DNA of 64,000 nt from Candidatus Kaelpia aquatica (GCA_030765335.1 JAVCCU010000009.1:5559-69558), one strand, 5' to 3'; counted from the first letter of the stretch, positions 1 to 9,680 are shown. The notes: a model not told the origin generated them from the sequence alone. Program-made: numbers and translations.

Positions 1-486
1 CCCGCCTGATAAGACAATAGGTACTCCAAAGCTTCTTGCATCTTTGGCTATCTCCCAATTAAAACTTTCGCCTGTTCCTCCAGCAGCTTTCTCACTAAAA
101 GTGTCAAGCAGTATTGCATCTACAGCATTTTTATATTTCGGGATCTCTTTTAAAACAGCTCTGTTTTTTACTTTTAATGTCTTTATCACCCTGTATTTAT
201 CTTTAACTTGAGAACAGAAGAGGCTATCTTCTTCACCGTGCAGCTGAATGATGTCCAGCTTGCATTTAGCAGCTGTACTCTCTAACTCAGATATTTCCGG
301 ATTCATAAACACGCCTACTTTCATAATAAAAGGAGAAAGAATATTTGTAATCTCAGCCGCCTTATCAGGGCTAATATAGCGAGGGGTATCTTTTACAAAA
401 ATAAAACCTAAAGCATGTATTCCAAGCCTAGAGGCGGCCAATGCATCAGAGCCTCTTCTTATTCCGCAAAACTTAACCCTTACCAT
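1..486 (-). CDS. trpF: Phosphoribosylanthranilate isomerase (runs off window start; not in ORF track)
   Basis: Manual translation from ATG at 486 gives MVRVKFCGIRRGSDALAASRLG (VKxCG motif); overlaps the trpC stop. Confidence 0.93.
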   Translation of the reverse strand, partial: MVRVKFCGIRRGSDALAASRLGIHALGFIFVKDTPRYISPDKAAEITNILSPFIMKVGVFMNPEISELESTAAKCKLDIIQLHGEEDSLFCSQVKDKYRVIKTLKVKNRAVLKEIPKYKNAVDAILLDTFSEKAAGGTGESFNWEIAKDARSFGVPIVLSGG

Positions 487-1270
487 AACCCAGCAACTCC
501 CTAATATACTTTGCTCTGTCATCGACCTTTAAAATTGATTCTCCAATTAAAAAACCGTCTACCCCAAGACTCTTAAGATAAAGAATATCGCTATGGCTCT
601 TGATACCGCTCGCAGAGATTTTAAATACCTCTTTCGGTATCCACCCAATAAGCTCCTCTGAGCTGGCAAAACTAACTGCTAGACTCTCTAAGTCTCTGTT
701 ATTGACGCCAATAATATCCGGATTTAAACCCATAACTTTATCTAAATCTGAAACATCATGAACCTCAAAAAGCACGTCTAACCCCAAACTCTTAGCTATG
801 TCCGAGAACCTGCTTAACTCCCCAGGTTCTAAAATCCTAGCAATCAATAATATTGCATCTGCCATAAAATATTTACTCTCATAGACTTGATACTCGTCTA
901 TTATAAAATCTTTTCTCAGAACAGGAAGGTTTATACTCTCTTTAATCAGCTTTAAATCCCAGAGAGAACCCTTAAAAAACTTCTCTTCACTCAGTACCGA
1001 AATACAGCTTACCCCGTTCATGCGGTAGAGTTTAGCCAGTTCAAGTATATCGGCATCAGAGCTTAAAATATCACCCGCTGAAGGAGAAGATCTTTTAATC
1101 TCAGCGATAATTTTAATCCCTGGGTCATCATTTTTAAGAGCTTTGAGAAAACGACTGCTAGAGGTAGCTTTATTCTCCACCTCTTCTCTCAGTTCAGCCA
1201 ACGGCAGTCTTTTTTTAGATTCTCTTATCTGCTCTTTTTTAGCTAATAATATTTCATTCAGTAGAGACAT
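473..1270 (-). CDS. trpC: Indole-3-glycerol phosphate synthase
   Basis: IIAEIKRSSPS, LRKDFI, IGVNNRDL motifs; between trpD and trpF. Confidence 0.97.
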   Translation of the reverse strand: MSLLNEILLAKKEQIRESKKRLPLAELREEVENKATSSSRFLKALKNDDPGIKIIAEIKRSSPSAGDILSSDADILELAKLYRMNGVSCISVLSEEKFFKGSLWDLKLIKESINLPVLRKDFIIDEYQVYESKYFMADAILLIARILEPGELSRFSDIAKSLGLDVLFEVHDVSDLDKVMGLNPDIIGVNNRDLESLAVSFASSEELIGWIPKEVFKISASGIKSHSDILYLKSLGVDGFLIGESILKVDDRAKYIRELLGYGKG

Positions 1271-2282
1271 TTCTGTAATAATCCTTTAATTGGTTTAATT
1301 TTTCTAAAACTTTCTTGCCCAGAAGCAGATCTTTTGCTTTTTTAAATCCTTCAATACTATCAGCAGCCTCTTCCAGCACATAGAGGGCCCATCCGGTATT
1401 TAATGCTACTATATCTAACTCTGGAGAATCCTCTCCACTTATAACCTTCCTTGCCTTGCTCAAGGATTCCTCTAAACTACTGACCTTAAGAACTTCTAAA
1501 TCTGCCTTTTTAATCCCGTACCTTGATGGCTCAATAGATGATACCCCCTCTGAAATATCCCCCTTTTTTAATTGAGAATAATCACTATTTGCTGAAATTG
1601 ATATCTCATCCATTCCATCTTGAGCATGAAAAACAAGCGCTCCCCTTAAGCCTAAGGTCTTAAGTGCTTTAATTACAATTGAGATCAGATCCTTACTGTA
1701 TACTCCCAATATTTGATATTTTGGCTTTGCAGGGTTTGCCAGCGGGCCCAGGATATTAAATATCGTACGAATGCCAAGCTCTTTTCTAACTGGCATAGCA
1801 AATTTCATGGCAGGATGAAAGTAAGGCGCAAAAATATAGCCGAATCCTACCTCTTCTATGCCTCGCTCTATAATATTCTTATCTTTAAGGAGCGGGATAC
1901 CTAGAGCCTCTATTAAATCAGCGCTACCGCAAGAGCTGGAGACAGAACGGTTGCCATGCTTTGCAACTGCTACGCCATAAGCTGAGATCGTAAGTGAAAC
2001 CAGGGTTGAAATATTAAAAGTCTGTAAATTGTCCCCTCCTGTACCGCAAGTATCAATAAGCTTCTCTACCTTAGGGTTAAGCTGGACTGCCTTCTCTCTC
2101 ATAACAGAAGCAGCAGAGGATATCTCTAGGTCAGTTTCACCCTTCATTTTTAAGGTTGTTAAAAACGCAGCAATCTGCACAGCAGATGCCTCTCCCTCCA
2201 TAATCTCACGCAGCACAGCTTCTGTCTGCTTATCGTCCAGATTCTCTCTCTCTGATAGCAATTTTATAGCTTCTTTTATCAT
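1254..2282 (-). CDS. trpD: Anthranilate phosphoribosyltransferase
   Basis: DTCGTGGD, FNIST, KHGNRSVSS, RTIFNILGPL motifs. Confidence 0.98.
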   Translation of the reverse strand: MIKEAIKLLSERENLDDKQTEAVLREIMEGEASAVQIAAFLTTLKMKGETDLEISSAASVMREKAVQLNPKVEKLIDTCGTGGDNLQTFNISTLVSLTISAYGVAVAKHGNRSVSSSCGSADLIEALGIPLLKDKNIIERGIEEVGFGYIFAPYFHPAMKFAMPVRKELGIRTIFNILGPLANPAKPKYQILGVYSKDLISIVIKALKTLGLRGALVFHAQDGMDEISISANSDYSQLKKGDISEGVSSIEPSRYGIKKADLEVLKVSSLEESLSKARKVISGEDSPELDIVALNTGWALYVLEEAADSIEGFKKAKDLLLGKKVLEKLNQLKDYYRNVSTE

Positions 2283-2290
2283 AGCTTCTA

Positions 2291-2319
2291 ATTATATTAT
2301 ATATATTATTTCAATACAA
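2291..2319 (-). promoter_or_regulatory. Sigma70-type promoter of trpDCF, leaderless-type
   Basis: TTGTAT-17bp-TATAAT, then 8 nt to the trpD ATG; no SD. Confidence 0.65.
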
Positions 2320-2346
2320 GATGAATGCTAAAATCCTATGGTTAGG

Positions 2347-2667
2347 TTACTTATCAACCAAGGACCTATCTAACCAGTCAAGATAATCCTGACTTGAGGA
2401 AACAATGGCGGTAGCTATTATTTCAGGCAGTTCATAAGAATGAACCTCTTTAATAGCTTTTTCTAACTTCTTAAAGAGAGAGCTCTTTGTCTTAATGATG
2501 CAAAGATACTCTTTAGACTGTTCTATCTTGCCCTTAAAACGATAACTGCTTTTGATAGGCCCAACTATTTGAATACATCCAGCCAGTCTTTTGCTAAGCA
2601 ACATCTTGGCTATCTTCTCCGCGTTACCCTTAACAGTTGTAGTGTAAACCTGAATATAGTCTTCCAT
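2347..2667 (-). CDS. cutA: Divalent-cation tolerance protein CutA
   Basis: LAGCIQI, SSYRFKG, HSYELPEI, YLDWL motifs. Confidence 0.93.
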   Translation of the reverse strand: MEDYIQVYTTTVKGNAEKIAKMLLSKRLAGCIQIVGPIKSSYRFKGKIEQSKEYLCIIKTKSSLFKKLEKAIKEVHSYELPEIIATAIVSSSQDYLDWLDRSLVDK

Positions 2668-4137
2668 TTATGCTGCCATCATTTTTAATTTATCAACTAT
2701 ATCTATCATACCTTTGGTATCTAAGCCACAGTATTCTTCTAATGCTGCATAAAGCTTGTCTCGTTCTCTAGTATCTAGGCTATCTTTTAGCGTAGCATTA
2801 AAGTACTTAATGCTTGCAACTGCACCATTGGAGATATCTAGATCCTGATAACCTTTACCGGTAATCGCAGGAAGAACGCTCTTAAGCGAGTTGCTTCCCT
2901 GCTGTGCTGGGTTGTAGTAGTGATAATTCTTAAACGGTTCATAGAGATCCAAGAAGTTCTCTTCAATACAATTAAACCAGCTTCTATATTCCGGATAAGC
3001 CTCAGTAGCTTTATTGAGCACCCTTTTCTCAAAGATTGCAAAATAAGCTACTATTGACCCTTCTGCTGTAATAATCTTACTCAAGTTTTGAAGTATCTCT
3101 TTACGGGGGTCTTTCTTAGACTTAGAGAGATAATCAAAGAGCTCAGGCTTGCTATTCTCATCTTTTAAAAGATAGAGTACATACTGAAATGGTATATCTT
3201 CATAAGACCTAGAGTTATCATAGATAGGAACCGCAGATTTTATTGTTTCAAAATCAAGAAAGTACGCAGGGTATTTCAAGCTGCCTAAAAAATCAGATAG
3301 AGCGTTCTTATCTACGTGGACACTGTTATCTATATGACTTTTAAGTTGGATTTTTTGCTTATCGTTTAATATCTCTTCATCATCTATATCTTTAAGCTCC
3401 AAAATTCCTCTTTCAAGAAGTTCAAACCCAAGAGTTCTACCTCTGTTAAAGATAAACACATTGTTTTTAGATGGGATAAACTTCCAGCAAAAACCTTTAA
3501 GGCTGCATTCATATGGCGCAAAGCACTGCGGACCTATCTTGATATCAGGCATGCTGCTCTTTGATGCCAATGCAATCATATCCTCTACCCTGCTCTTAAT
3601 ATCAGATAGAGATATCTTGTCTATCTCTTCCGTTACATCCTCAGAGAGCATGAACTTGTAAGGGTCTATCTCTCCCTGTTTTATAAAATCAGGATTGATA
3701 TGCATTATATATGCCTTTCTGATCTTAAGACCCTTCTTAATAAGGCAATATCTCTGAAAAGCAACGTCTTCATAATGTTCATCTTTGACCTTCATGGAGC
3801 TCTTAACCTCTATGATATCCCAACTATCATCTTCGACTGGATTAAGAATATCTATTCTAGAATAGATATTATCAACCATTATCCCGGCTTCAAATATAGT
3901 TTGACGCTTCTTTATTGACTGTTGAGTGCGGTTGATATTTAAACTGAAATTAGAGTCACTCAAGTCTACGCCTTCGGGATATATTCTCTTTGCTACATCG
4001 CCCACCTCTTTACCTTGGTCAAATCTGAATTGAAGCTCAAGTTCAACAGCAGGTATCTCTTTAGGCATATGCTCTTTGACCCAAAGGTATTTAGGGCATT
4101 GTAAACCTGAGATATATTTTGATTTGGTAATCAACAT
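2668..4137 (-). CDS. DUF2779-family protein: Cas4/AddB-like PD-(D/E)XK domain plus DEDD/RNase H-like exonuclease domain
   Basis: SKYxxGLQCPK start, RIDIL...IIEVKSS, CxxPYECxxxxxC, YFLDFET, DLY, SLK, YCGLDT. Confidence 0.85.
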   Translation of the reverse strand: MLITKSKYISGLQCPKYLWVKEHMPKEIPAVELELQFRFDQGKEVGDVAKRIYPEGVDLSDSNFSLNINRTQQSIKKRQTIFEAGIMVDNIYSRIDILNPVEDDSWDIIEVKSSMKVKDEHYEDVAFQRYCLIKKGLKIRKAYIMHINPDFIKQGEIDPYKFMLSEDVTEEIDKISLSDIKSRVEDMIALASKSSMPDIKIGPQCFAPYECSLKGFCWKFIPSKNNVFIFNRGRTLGFELLERGILELKDIDDEEILNDKQKIQLKSHIDNSVHVDKNALSDFLGSLKYPAYFLDFETIKSAVPIYDNSRSYEDIPFQYVLYLLKDENSKPELFDYLSKSKKDPRKEILQNLSKIITAEGSIVAYFAIFEKRVLNKATEAYPEYRSWFNCIEENFLDLYEPFKNYHYYNPAQQGSNSLKSVLPAITGKGYQDLDISNGAVASIKYFNATLKDSLDTRERDKLYAALEEYCGLDTKGMIDIVDKLKMMAA

Positions 4138-4190
4138 CTTAGATGTGAAAAACTAAAAAATGTTTTAGATTTGAGTATCTCTTAACCCAA

Positions 4191-4430
4191 TTAATCCATA
4201 GACTGGAGCGCTTCCTGCATTAAGGGCAGTATGTTCTCCAGTTCCTCTTTGGTTAAACGGCCCATCTTGGCATATCTAAATTCGCCTTGACTGGACATGT
4301 TTTCACGAGCAATCTGAAGCTTCTTTACACCTTTGTTGTAAGAATAGACGCTTACTGTCAAACGCTCTAACTCAGATTCCCAAGTTTTTGAAAAAAGACG
4401 CTCATCTAAATTCGGGTCATATCCTGGCAT
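4191..4430 (-). CDS. Small protein, PC4/YdbC-like putative ssDNA/RNA-binding fold
   Basis: Strong SD (AAGGAGG); VSVYSYN...KLQI...KMGRLTKEEL resembles the YdbC/PC4 pattern. Confidence 0.55.
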   Translation of the reverse strand: MPGYDPNLDERLFSKTWESELERLTVSVYSYNKGVKKLQIARENMSSQGEFRYAKMGRLTKEELENILPLMQEALQSMD

Positions 4431-4496
4431 TTCATACCTCCTTTATGTTTATAATACTGATATTAATATTAATATTAATATATTCGGCTTAAGAGT

Positions 4497-5492
4497 TCAA
4501 GTTTTATTATTAGGAGGAGCCATAAACTCAGCTCCTATAGGATTAGGGATACACTCCTTAACTATTCTTTCAATGGCTAATCTTACCTCTTGATCTAATT
4601 TCCAACCCATCACTTCATTCACTATCTCAAGCTGTTCTGGCTTTCTTGCACCCCAAAGAGCTATGTCAACACCCTTATGATCAAGTACCCACTTAACAGC
4701 AATGGACAACACACCTTTGTCATATCTTTCCTGAGTTAGATCATCAAGCTCATTAACCGCCTCAAGATAATTCTCATAGTGAGGCTTCAGAAACTTAGGG
4801 TCAATCTTTCTTATATCATCTCCTTGAAACTCCGTATCTATCTTAATCTTGCCGCTCAATAACCCCCTGCAAATGGTACCATAGGTAAGAGTTGTAACAC
4901 CATGAGTATGGCAATAAGGTAAGACATCCAATGCGGCAGATTGCTCAAACAAATTAAAAGGCGGCTGAGAAGTATGCAAAGGAGCATACTCTCTAAACTT
5001 ATCCATTTGAAGAGGACTATAGTTACTCACGCCTATAGCTCTTATCTTCTTGCTGTTATAAAGCTCAAGCATTGCTTCTGCACTCTCTCCTATAGGAGTA
5101 TCTTTATCCGGCCAATGTATTTGATATATATCTATATAATCTGTATTAAGCCTCTTTAGTGAATCGTCTAATTCTTTTAATATTCTTCTCTTAGATGAGT
5201 CTCTCTTAACATTATTCTCATCCCAATCAAGCCCAGCCTTAGTCGCAATCACCACATCTTCACGCCTGCCATATATTGAAATAGCTTTCCCTATTAACTC
5301 TTCAGATTTTCCATGTCCATAGATGGGGGCGGTATCGATGAGGTTTATACCGCGCTCCAGTGCTGCTAAGATTGTATTTATTGCATCATGTTCTTCTGTG
5401 CCGCCCCAAAGCCAACCGCCTATTGCCCAACTCCCCAAACCTATTCTAGAGACAGGTTTAATATCTGTATCTTTGATTTGAATATAATCCAT
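4497..5492 (-). CDS. Aldo/keto reductase (YhdN/general stress protein 69-like); start moved to ATG 5492
   Basis: GLGSWAIGG, DTAPIYG, ATKAG, DIYQIHWPD, IGVSN motifs; a TATAAT box lies just upstream of the ORF-track start. Confidence 0.93.
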   Translation of the reverse strand: MDYIQIKDTDIKPVSRIGLGSWAIGGWLWGGTEEHDAINTILAALERGINLIDTAPIYGHGKSEELIGKAISIYGRREDVVIATKAGLDWDENNVKRDSSKRRILKELDDSLKRLNTDYIDIYQIHWPDKDTPIGESAEAMLELYNSKKIRAIGVSNYSPLQMDKFREYAPLHTSQPPFNLFEQSAALDVLPYCHTHGVTTLTYGTICRGLLSGKIKIDTEFQGDDIRKIDPKFLKPHYENYLEAVNELDDLTQERYDKGVLSIAVKWVLDHKGVDIALWGARKPEQLEIVNEVMGWKLDQEVRLAIERIVKECIPNPIGAEFMAPPNNKT

Positions 5493-5539
5493 GTTAAGCA
5501 ATATTATACAAAGAAATTAAAACAAGTAAAAGACTTAAG

Positions 5540-5587
5540 GAGCATTGGTCACTTGAGCCACAGTCAAGTGCTCTAGGCTATTCTCAC
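5540..5587 (-). pseudogene. tRNA-His(GTG)-like remnant (5' half with anticodon arm)
   Basis: Minus strand GTGAGAA-TA-GCCT-AGAGC-A-CTTGA-CTGTGGC-TCAAG-TGACC: perfect 5-bp stem and 7-nt loop centred on GTG; D-loop, T-arm and 3' acceptor strand absent. Confidence 0.5.
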
Positions 5588-5623
5588 TGTGCCTGGAAGG
5601 CAAGTTTTTAACAGCTGCAAGCT

Positions 5624-7654
5624 TTATTCTAAAGAGCTTTCTTCTTGAGACTGTAAAGAAAATGACCTTATAACATCTTCTACCTTTCGCTCTAATCCTC
5701 TCTCGATAAAACCAGGGATGGATTCGCGAAGTCTAGCCTTGAACTCAGACTCAAGCCATTTAAAATTGACTGCATCTTTAAGTCCAGAGAGTTGAAAGTC
5801 AAACTCTAGATAATCAAGTTCATCTCCCAAGATCTTAAGAAGCGGTCTAAATTTAGCTGACTCTGCAATGACAGATTTAGAGAGCGAGAGCCTAACTTTA
5901 CTAGATAAAAGATCATCAGAATTGATCTTAAAATAACCCTTTATTCTCACGTCTTCTGAATCAAGATTCATCTCTTTAAAATCAATTGAATTTTTAGTTA
6001 TACTCATAGATGAATTAATGCTGTTAAACTCTATATCTCTTATTGAAGAGATTACAAAGAAATCTGACAACCAGATGAGGAAATCTAAATCCTCCGTTCT
6101 ACCATCTTTTATTACCATATTACCTTCTAATTGTGATTCTGGATAATTACTATAATTGAAATTTCCGCTTAGTTTTCCAAAGATATTCGGAAAAAACAGG
6201 AAATCAAACCTATTTGAATCTATATCAGTAGGATTAAAATTGATATTGAATCTTAAGGGCAACTCTTCAATAGCCATAAATCCCTCTCCGTTAATAGTAC
6301 CTCCAAAAAGATTGGATGAAAAATTGAAATGCTTCGCCTCTTTTGCATTATCTATAGCAATAATCATATCATCCAAACGGAGATTGTAATCCTGATCCGT
6401 CTTATAAGATATATCTAAATAATCGCTTTTAATTTGAGGATTTCCGTTTTGATCCGAACAACGGTTTAACCCCTTAAACTCCACCACAACACTCTCTCTT
6501 TTATCGTCTTTAGGGTCTTCTCTTATAAAATCAATACTACAATCTCCATTAATACCATTCACAGCTAAAGACGCAGTTAACTTCAAGTCTAAAGCCTTAG
6601 AATTGTTCACTCTACCAGCAGGCATCTGGTCAGGATAACTACGGAAATTAAAATCAAAAGAAGGTGGTTCTATCAACATTATATTACCATAAACAACTGA
6701 AGGAACATCGTTTAAGTTAAAAGTTGCTTTCTTAACCTGGATTAAAGGATAGGATATATCCATCAAGAGATCTATATTCTGAATATTAAGGCTAGACTTA
6801 GAAGAACCTACTATACGCATATAGGGTTTGCTTCTAAAAATAAGAGTCTTTAGCTTTATAAACAAATCTGTATAATCAGGATGGGTTTCAAGAAAATCTC
6901 CGGCAGTCATATAACCATTAAGATGGAGACTATTATCTAAAAACTCTCCCTGCAGTTTTAAGTAAAGGTTGTCTTTTTTAAGATTTAAATTCTCCACCAA
7001 AAAACCATTCTGAGTTAAAGAACCTTTTAAACCATAGCTCAATACTTCAGGATGAGATATCAGCTTACCTCCTTCATGAGAATAAACCTTTAAAAAACCA
7101 ACAGAACCATTATTAGAAAAAGACATTCCATTAAACTTTAAAGAGCTGTCCAGGATTATACGTCTTTGGATTCCATCTTTACCAGGCATAATAATTGCAG
7201 CATTCTCTATACTGCATAGTGCAGGGCTCTGACTAAAAAATAATCTTAGTAATTTTGCGATGTCATGAATCTGGTCTTCTCTTATCTTGCCTCCTCCATA
7301 ATAGTACACTTTAGACTCTTTTATTTTAATATTTTGAGGAATGATTTTATTTTTAAACAAAGCCTTCTTAATAGAGAAAGAGATTTTTAGCTGGTCTATA
7401 TACTCTAGATGTAGAGATTTAGAGAGACCTAGAAACTCAACTCTATTTAAAACCAAGCTTGCAGGAGGCAAATAATATATTGAACCCAATTTTAAGTCCT
7501 CGCCAATATAATTGGCTAGCCTTAAAGTAATATTACCCAACGAAGACTGAAAGTATATATTCAGAGAAACTACCGCAATGGCTGTTAAAAAAATTAGCAC
7601 GCCGATTAGAAGGAAGGAAGGCCTAATAATATATTTCTGAAAATAATTTTTCAT
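5624..7654 (-). CDS. AsmA-like membrane-anchored beta-rich protein
   Basis: N-terminal TM, beta-strand-rich body, AsmA-C-like LFGGTING and G-F-I...LS pattern. Confidence 0.6.
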   Translation of the reverse strand: MKNYFQKYIIRPSFLLIGVLIFLTAIAVVSLNIYFQSSLGNITLRLANYIGEDLKLGSIYYLPPASLVLNRVEFLGLSKSLHLEYIDQLKISFSIKKALFKNKIIPQNIKIKESKVYYYGGGKIREDQIHDIAKLLRLFFSQSPALCSIENAAIIMPGKDGIQRRIILDSSLKFNGMSFSNNGSVGFLKVYSHEGGKLISHPEVLSYGLKGSLTQNGFLVENLNLKKDNLYLKLQGEFLDNSLHLNGYMTAGDFLETHPDYTDLFIKLKTLIFRSKPYMRIVGSSKSSLNIQNIDLLMDISYPLIQVKKATFNLNDVPSVVYGNIMLIEPPSFDFNFRSYPDQMPAGRVNNSKALDLKLTASLAVNGINGDCSIDFIREDPKDDKRESVVVEFKGLNRCSDQNGNPQIKSDYLDISYKTDQDYNLRLDDMIIAIDNAKEAKHFNFSSNLFGGTINGEGFMAIEELPLRFNINFNPTDIDSNRFDFLFFPNIFGKLSGNFNYSNYPESQLEGNMVIKDGRTEDLDFLIWLSDFFVISSIRDIEFNSINSSMSITKNSIDFKEMNLDSEDVRIKGYFKINSDDLLSSKVRLSLSKSVIAESAKFRPLLKILGDELDYLEFDFQLSGLKDAVNFKWLESEFKARLRESIPGFIERGLERKVEDVIRSFSLQSQEESSLE

Positions 7655-8165
7655 CTATAAAAAATTCAATTTTATCTATGTAGTAGACTGCTTTATACTC
7701 TTTCTCTAAAACAGAGACATAGCTATACTCTTTGAAATCTCTAAATAAGAGGCTTAGCTGCTTAGAAGTAACTATCTCTTTCTTGAGTTTATTTACTTCA
7801 TCTGAATCACCCCTCTTCTTGGTTATCTCCACAAGATATGCTTTTATGAATATTTTTGCTTTTGATTCCGAATTTATCTTCAAAATTTCGTTAAAGTTTT
7901 TTAAAGCATCATGATAAGCTTCAATATTGTAATAATATTCTCCAAGAGCAAAAAGCGAAGACTCATAATGTTTAGATTCCGGATACAAGGCAACCAAAAA
8001 GTGTAAGTCTGAAAAAGCAAAGTCTAACCACCCTTTTTTTATGGACTGCTTTGCGCGCATAAACACATCGTCTGCATTATCTGCAAAAACCTGTCCTAAA
8101 AACAGGAGGAAAAATAAAGTCAATAAATATAAGAAAGTGTTTCTTTTTTTTAAGAGATTGCTCAT
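7623..8165 (-). CDS. Secreted TPR protein (BamD/CpoB-like repeat)
   Basis: Signal peptide; YPESK...SLFALGEYYY...ALKNF TPR motif. Confidence 0.7.
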   Translation of the reverse strand: MSNLLKKRNTFLYLLTLFFLLFLGQVFADNADDVFMRAKQSIKKGWLDFAFSDLHFLVALYPESKHYESSLFALGEYYYNIEAYHDALKNFNEILKINSESKAKIFIKAYLVEITKKRGDSDEVNKLKKEIVTSKQLSLLFRDFKEYSYVSVLEKEYKAVYYIDKIEFFIDEKLFSEIYY

Positions 8166-8228
8166 TTAAATATACTATCAAAATAACAACTGAAATTGCA
8201 ACAGCCTCAAAAGAGCAAGGCTTAAAAT

Positions 8229-8312
8229 TTAATCGACTATTAAGTCAGGATTAAGAAACCTAGAGATATCATCGGAAATTGCCTCACCATATCTAATCAG
8301 ATAAAGCCTCAT
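8229..8312 (-). pseudogene. Truncated SixA/histidine phosphatase remnant (27 codons)
   Basis: ATG 1 nt after the upstream gene's stop, GGAG SD; MRLYLIRYGEAISDDISRFLNPDLIVD* with RHG changed to RYG. Confidence 0.6.
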
Positions 8313-8313
8313 G

Positions 8314-9132
8314 CTACTCTCCAAGATTGAAGATACTCTTTATTGCTTGACCTGCTTTCTCTGTTATATCTTTTGCGCTACCACCCAGTGTCTCACCAAT
8401 TCCAACCCCCTGCTTTACACCGCCCTCAAGCTCTCCTATTGTCATATTGAGCGTATTAGCAGTTAAACCTTGGAGGTTCTTGATTTTAAAACTGGCGATA
8501 TTTGTATTGATAAGAGCTCTTACTAGAATTAATCTGGCTAATGCCTGCGGATCTGTTATATTATCGTAACTTTCATCAATATTAAGATTATACTCTTTAA
8601 TGGATGGCTTCGATCCAGAGAAATAATCCTTATATACCACTCGTCCAATCTTTAGCTTAAGGTGATCAATTCTAAACCTTGTCTTCTTCTTTTCTCCAGG
8701 CCCATCTTCTTTTACTACAACCTGTTCTTCTTCTGCCGATTTAACAACTTTAAGAGAATCAAAATTTAACCCGCCATCTTTTGTTTTGACAATAATCATT
8801 TCACGTAAATTTATTCTCACCTCTTTAAGATGGATATCGTTTTTCAATATCGCAGCCAGATTATAATCAACATAAATCTCAGGCATATCAACCATAATCT
8901 TATCTACATATCCTGGAGGATTATAAAGCTGCATACCCTCTATGCTTATAATGGTCTCTGGAATACCTACGTTTAAATTTGCAATATCTAACTTTAAGCC
9001 AGTTATCTTCTTTACTCCAGTTGAAACAGCAAGTTTTACTATCCGATTTCTAAATATAAACACAGCTCCAATTAAGACCACAACTAAAATACAGATAACA
9101 ACTAGTGCTTTAAATAACTTTGCCATATCCAA
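8314..9132 (-). CDS. AsmA-family (short) membrane-anchored protein
   Basis: N-terminal TM; L-NP-G(F/Y) and GxLNF motifs; AGGAGG SD. Confidence 0.7.
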   Translation of the reverse strand: MDMAKLFKALVVICILVVVLIGAVFIFRNRIVKLAVSTGVKKITGLKLDIANLNVGIPETIISIEGMQLYNPPGYVDKIMVDMPEIYVDYNLAAILKNDIHLKEVRINLREMIIVKTKDGGLNFDSLKVVKSAEEEQVVVKEDGPGEKKKTRFRIDHLKLKIGRVVYKDYFSGSKPSIKEYNLNIDESYDNITDPQALARLILVRALINTNIASFKIKNLQGLTANTLNMTIGELEGGVKQGVGIGETLGGSAKDITEKAGQAIKSIFNLGE

Positions 9133-9263
9133 CCTCCTTTTATCAATTTGTAGATTATATTGTATCTAAAGATAGTTTATCAAGCAATAGAAATGACCAA
9201 TAAAAGGTTGACTAAGTTTAACTATATAGAGTATGTTGAAACAATAACCTTAAAGGAGGAGCC

Positions 9264-9680
9264 ATGTATAGAATATCAAGCTATCTATGTATTACCTTTT
9301 TATTGTTATTAAATTTATCTTGCTCCAAAACAGAATCCGAATGGGGAAAATCTATTAAATACAAAGGGAGTGATCTTTACTACACATCGAAAGTAACTGA
9401 AAGTGAAACCAAGGAACTGGGAGACTATTTGCTTGAGGCAGGATTTTTCCAAGAAGAATCTAAAAGTAGCTCGCAGATAACAAAAGATAATGGCAAATAC
9501 CAATTCCGCATAGTTGTTAAAAAAGAGTCTCTTAACGACGAGGATTTTATTAAAAATGCTGCGATGTTTGCTGCTACTATATCAAAAGGTGTTTTTAATG
9601 ACAACCAGGTTGAAATTCACATCTGCGATAAAAGCTTTAAGACCGTTAATGTCGCTACCTATGTCTATAGCGATAATTAA
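9264..9680 (+). CDS. Hypothetical lipoprotein
   Basis: AAGGAGG SD; hydrophobic N-terminus ending LSC lipobox. Confidence 0.75.
   Translation: MYRISSYLCITFLLLLNLSCSKTESEWGKSIKYKGSDLYYTSKVTESETKELGDYLLEAGFFQEESKSSSQITKDNGKYQFRIVVKKESLNDEDFIKNAAMFAATISKGVFNDNQVEIHICDKSFKTVNVATYVYSDN

Noticed and set aside
2668-4137. DUF2779 gene as a CRISPR cas4
   Set aside because: No cas1/cas2 and no repeat-spacer array seen anywhere in the window.
4460-4481. (ATATTA)n AT-only tandem/palindromic tract upstream of the 79-aa gene
   Set aside because: Only 3-4 units in an AT-rich promoter region; too weak to call phase variation or an operator.
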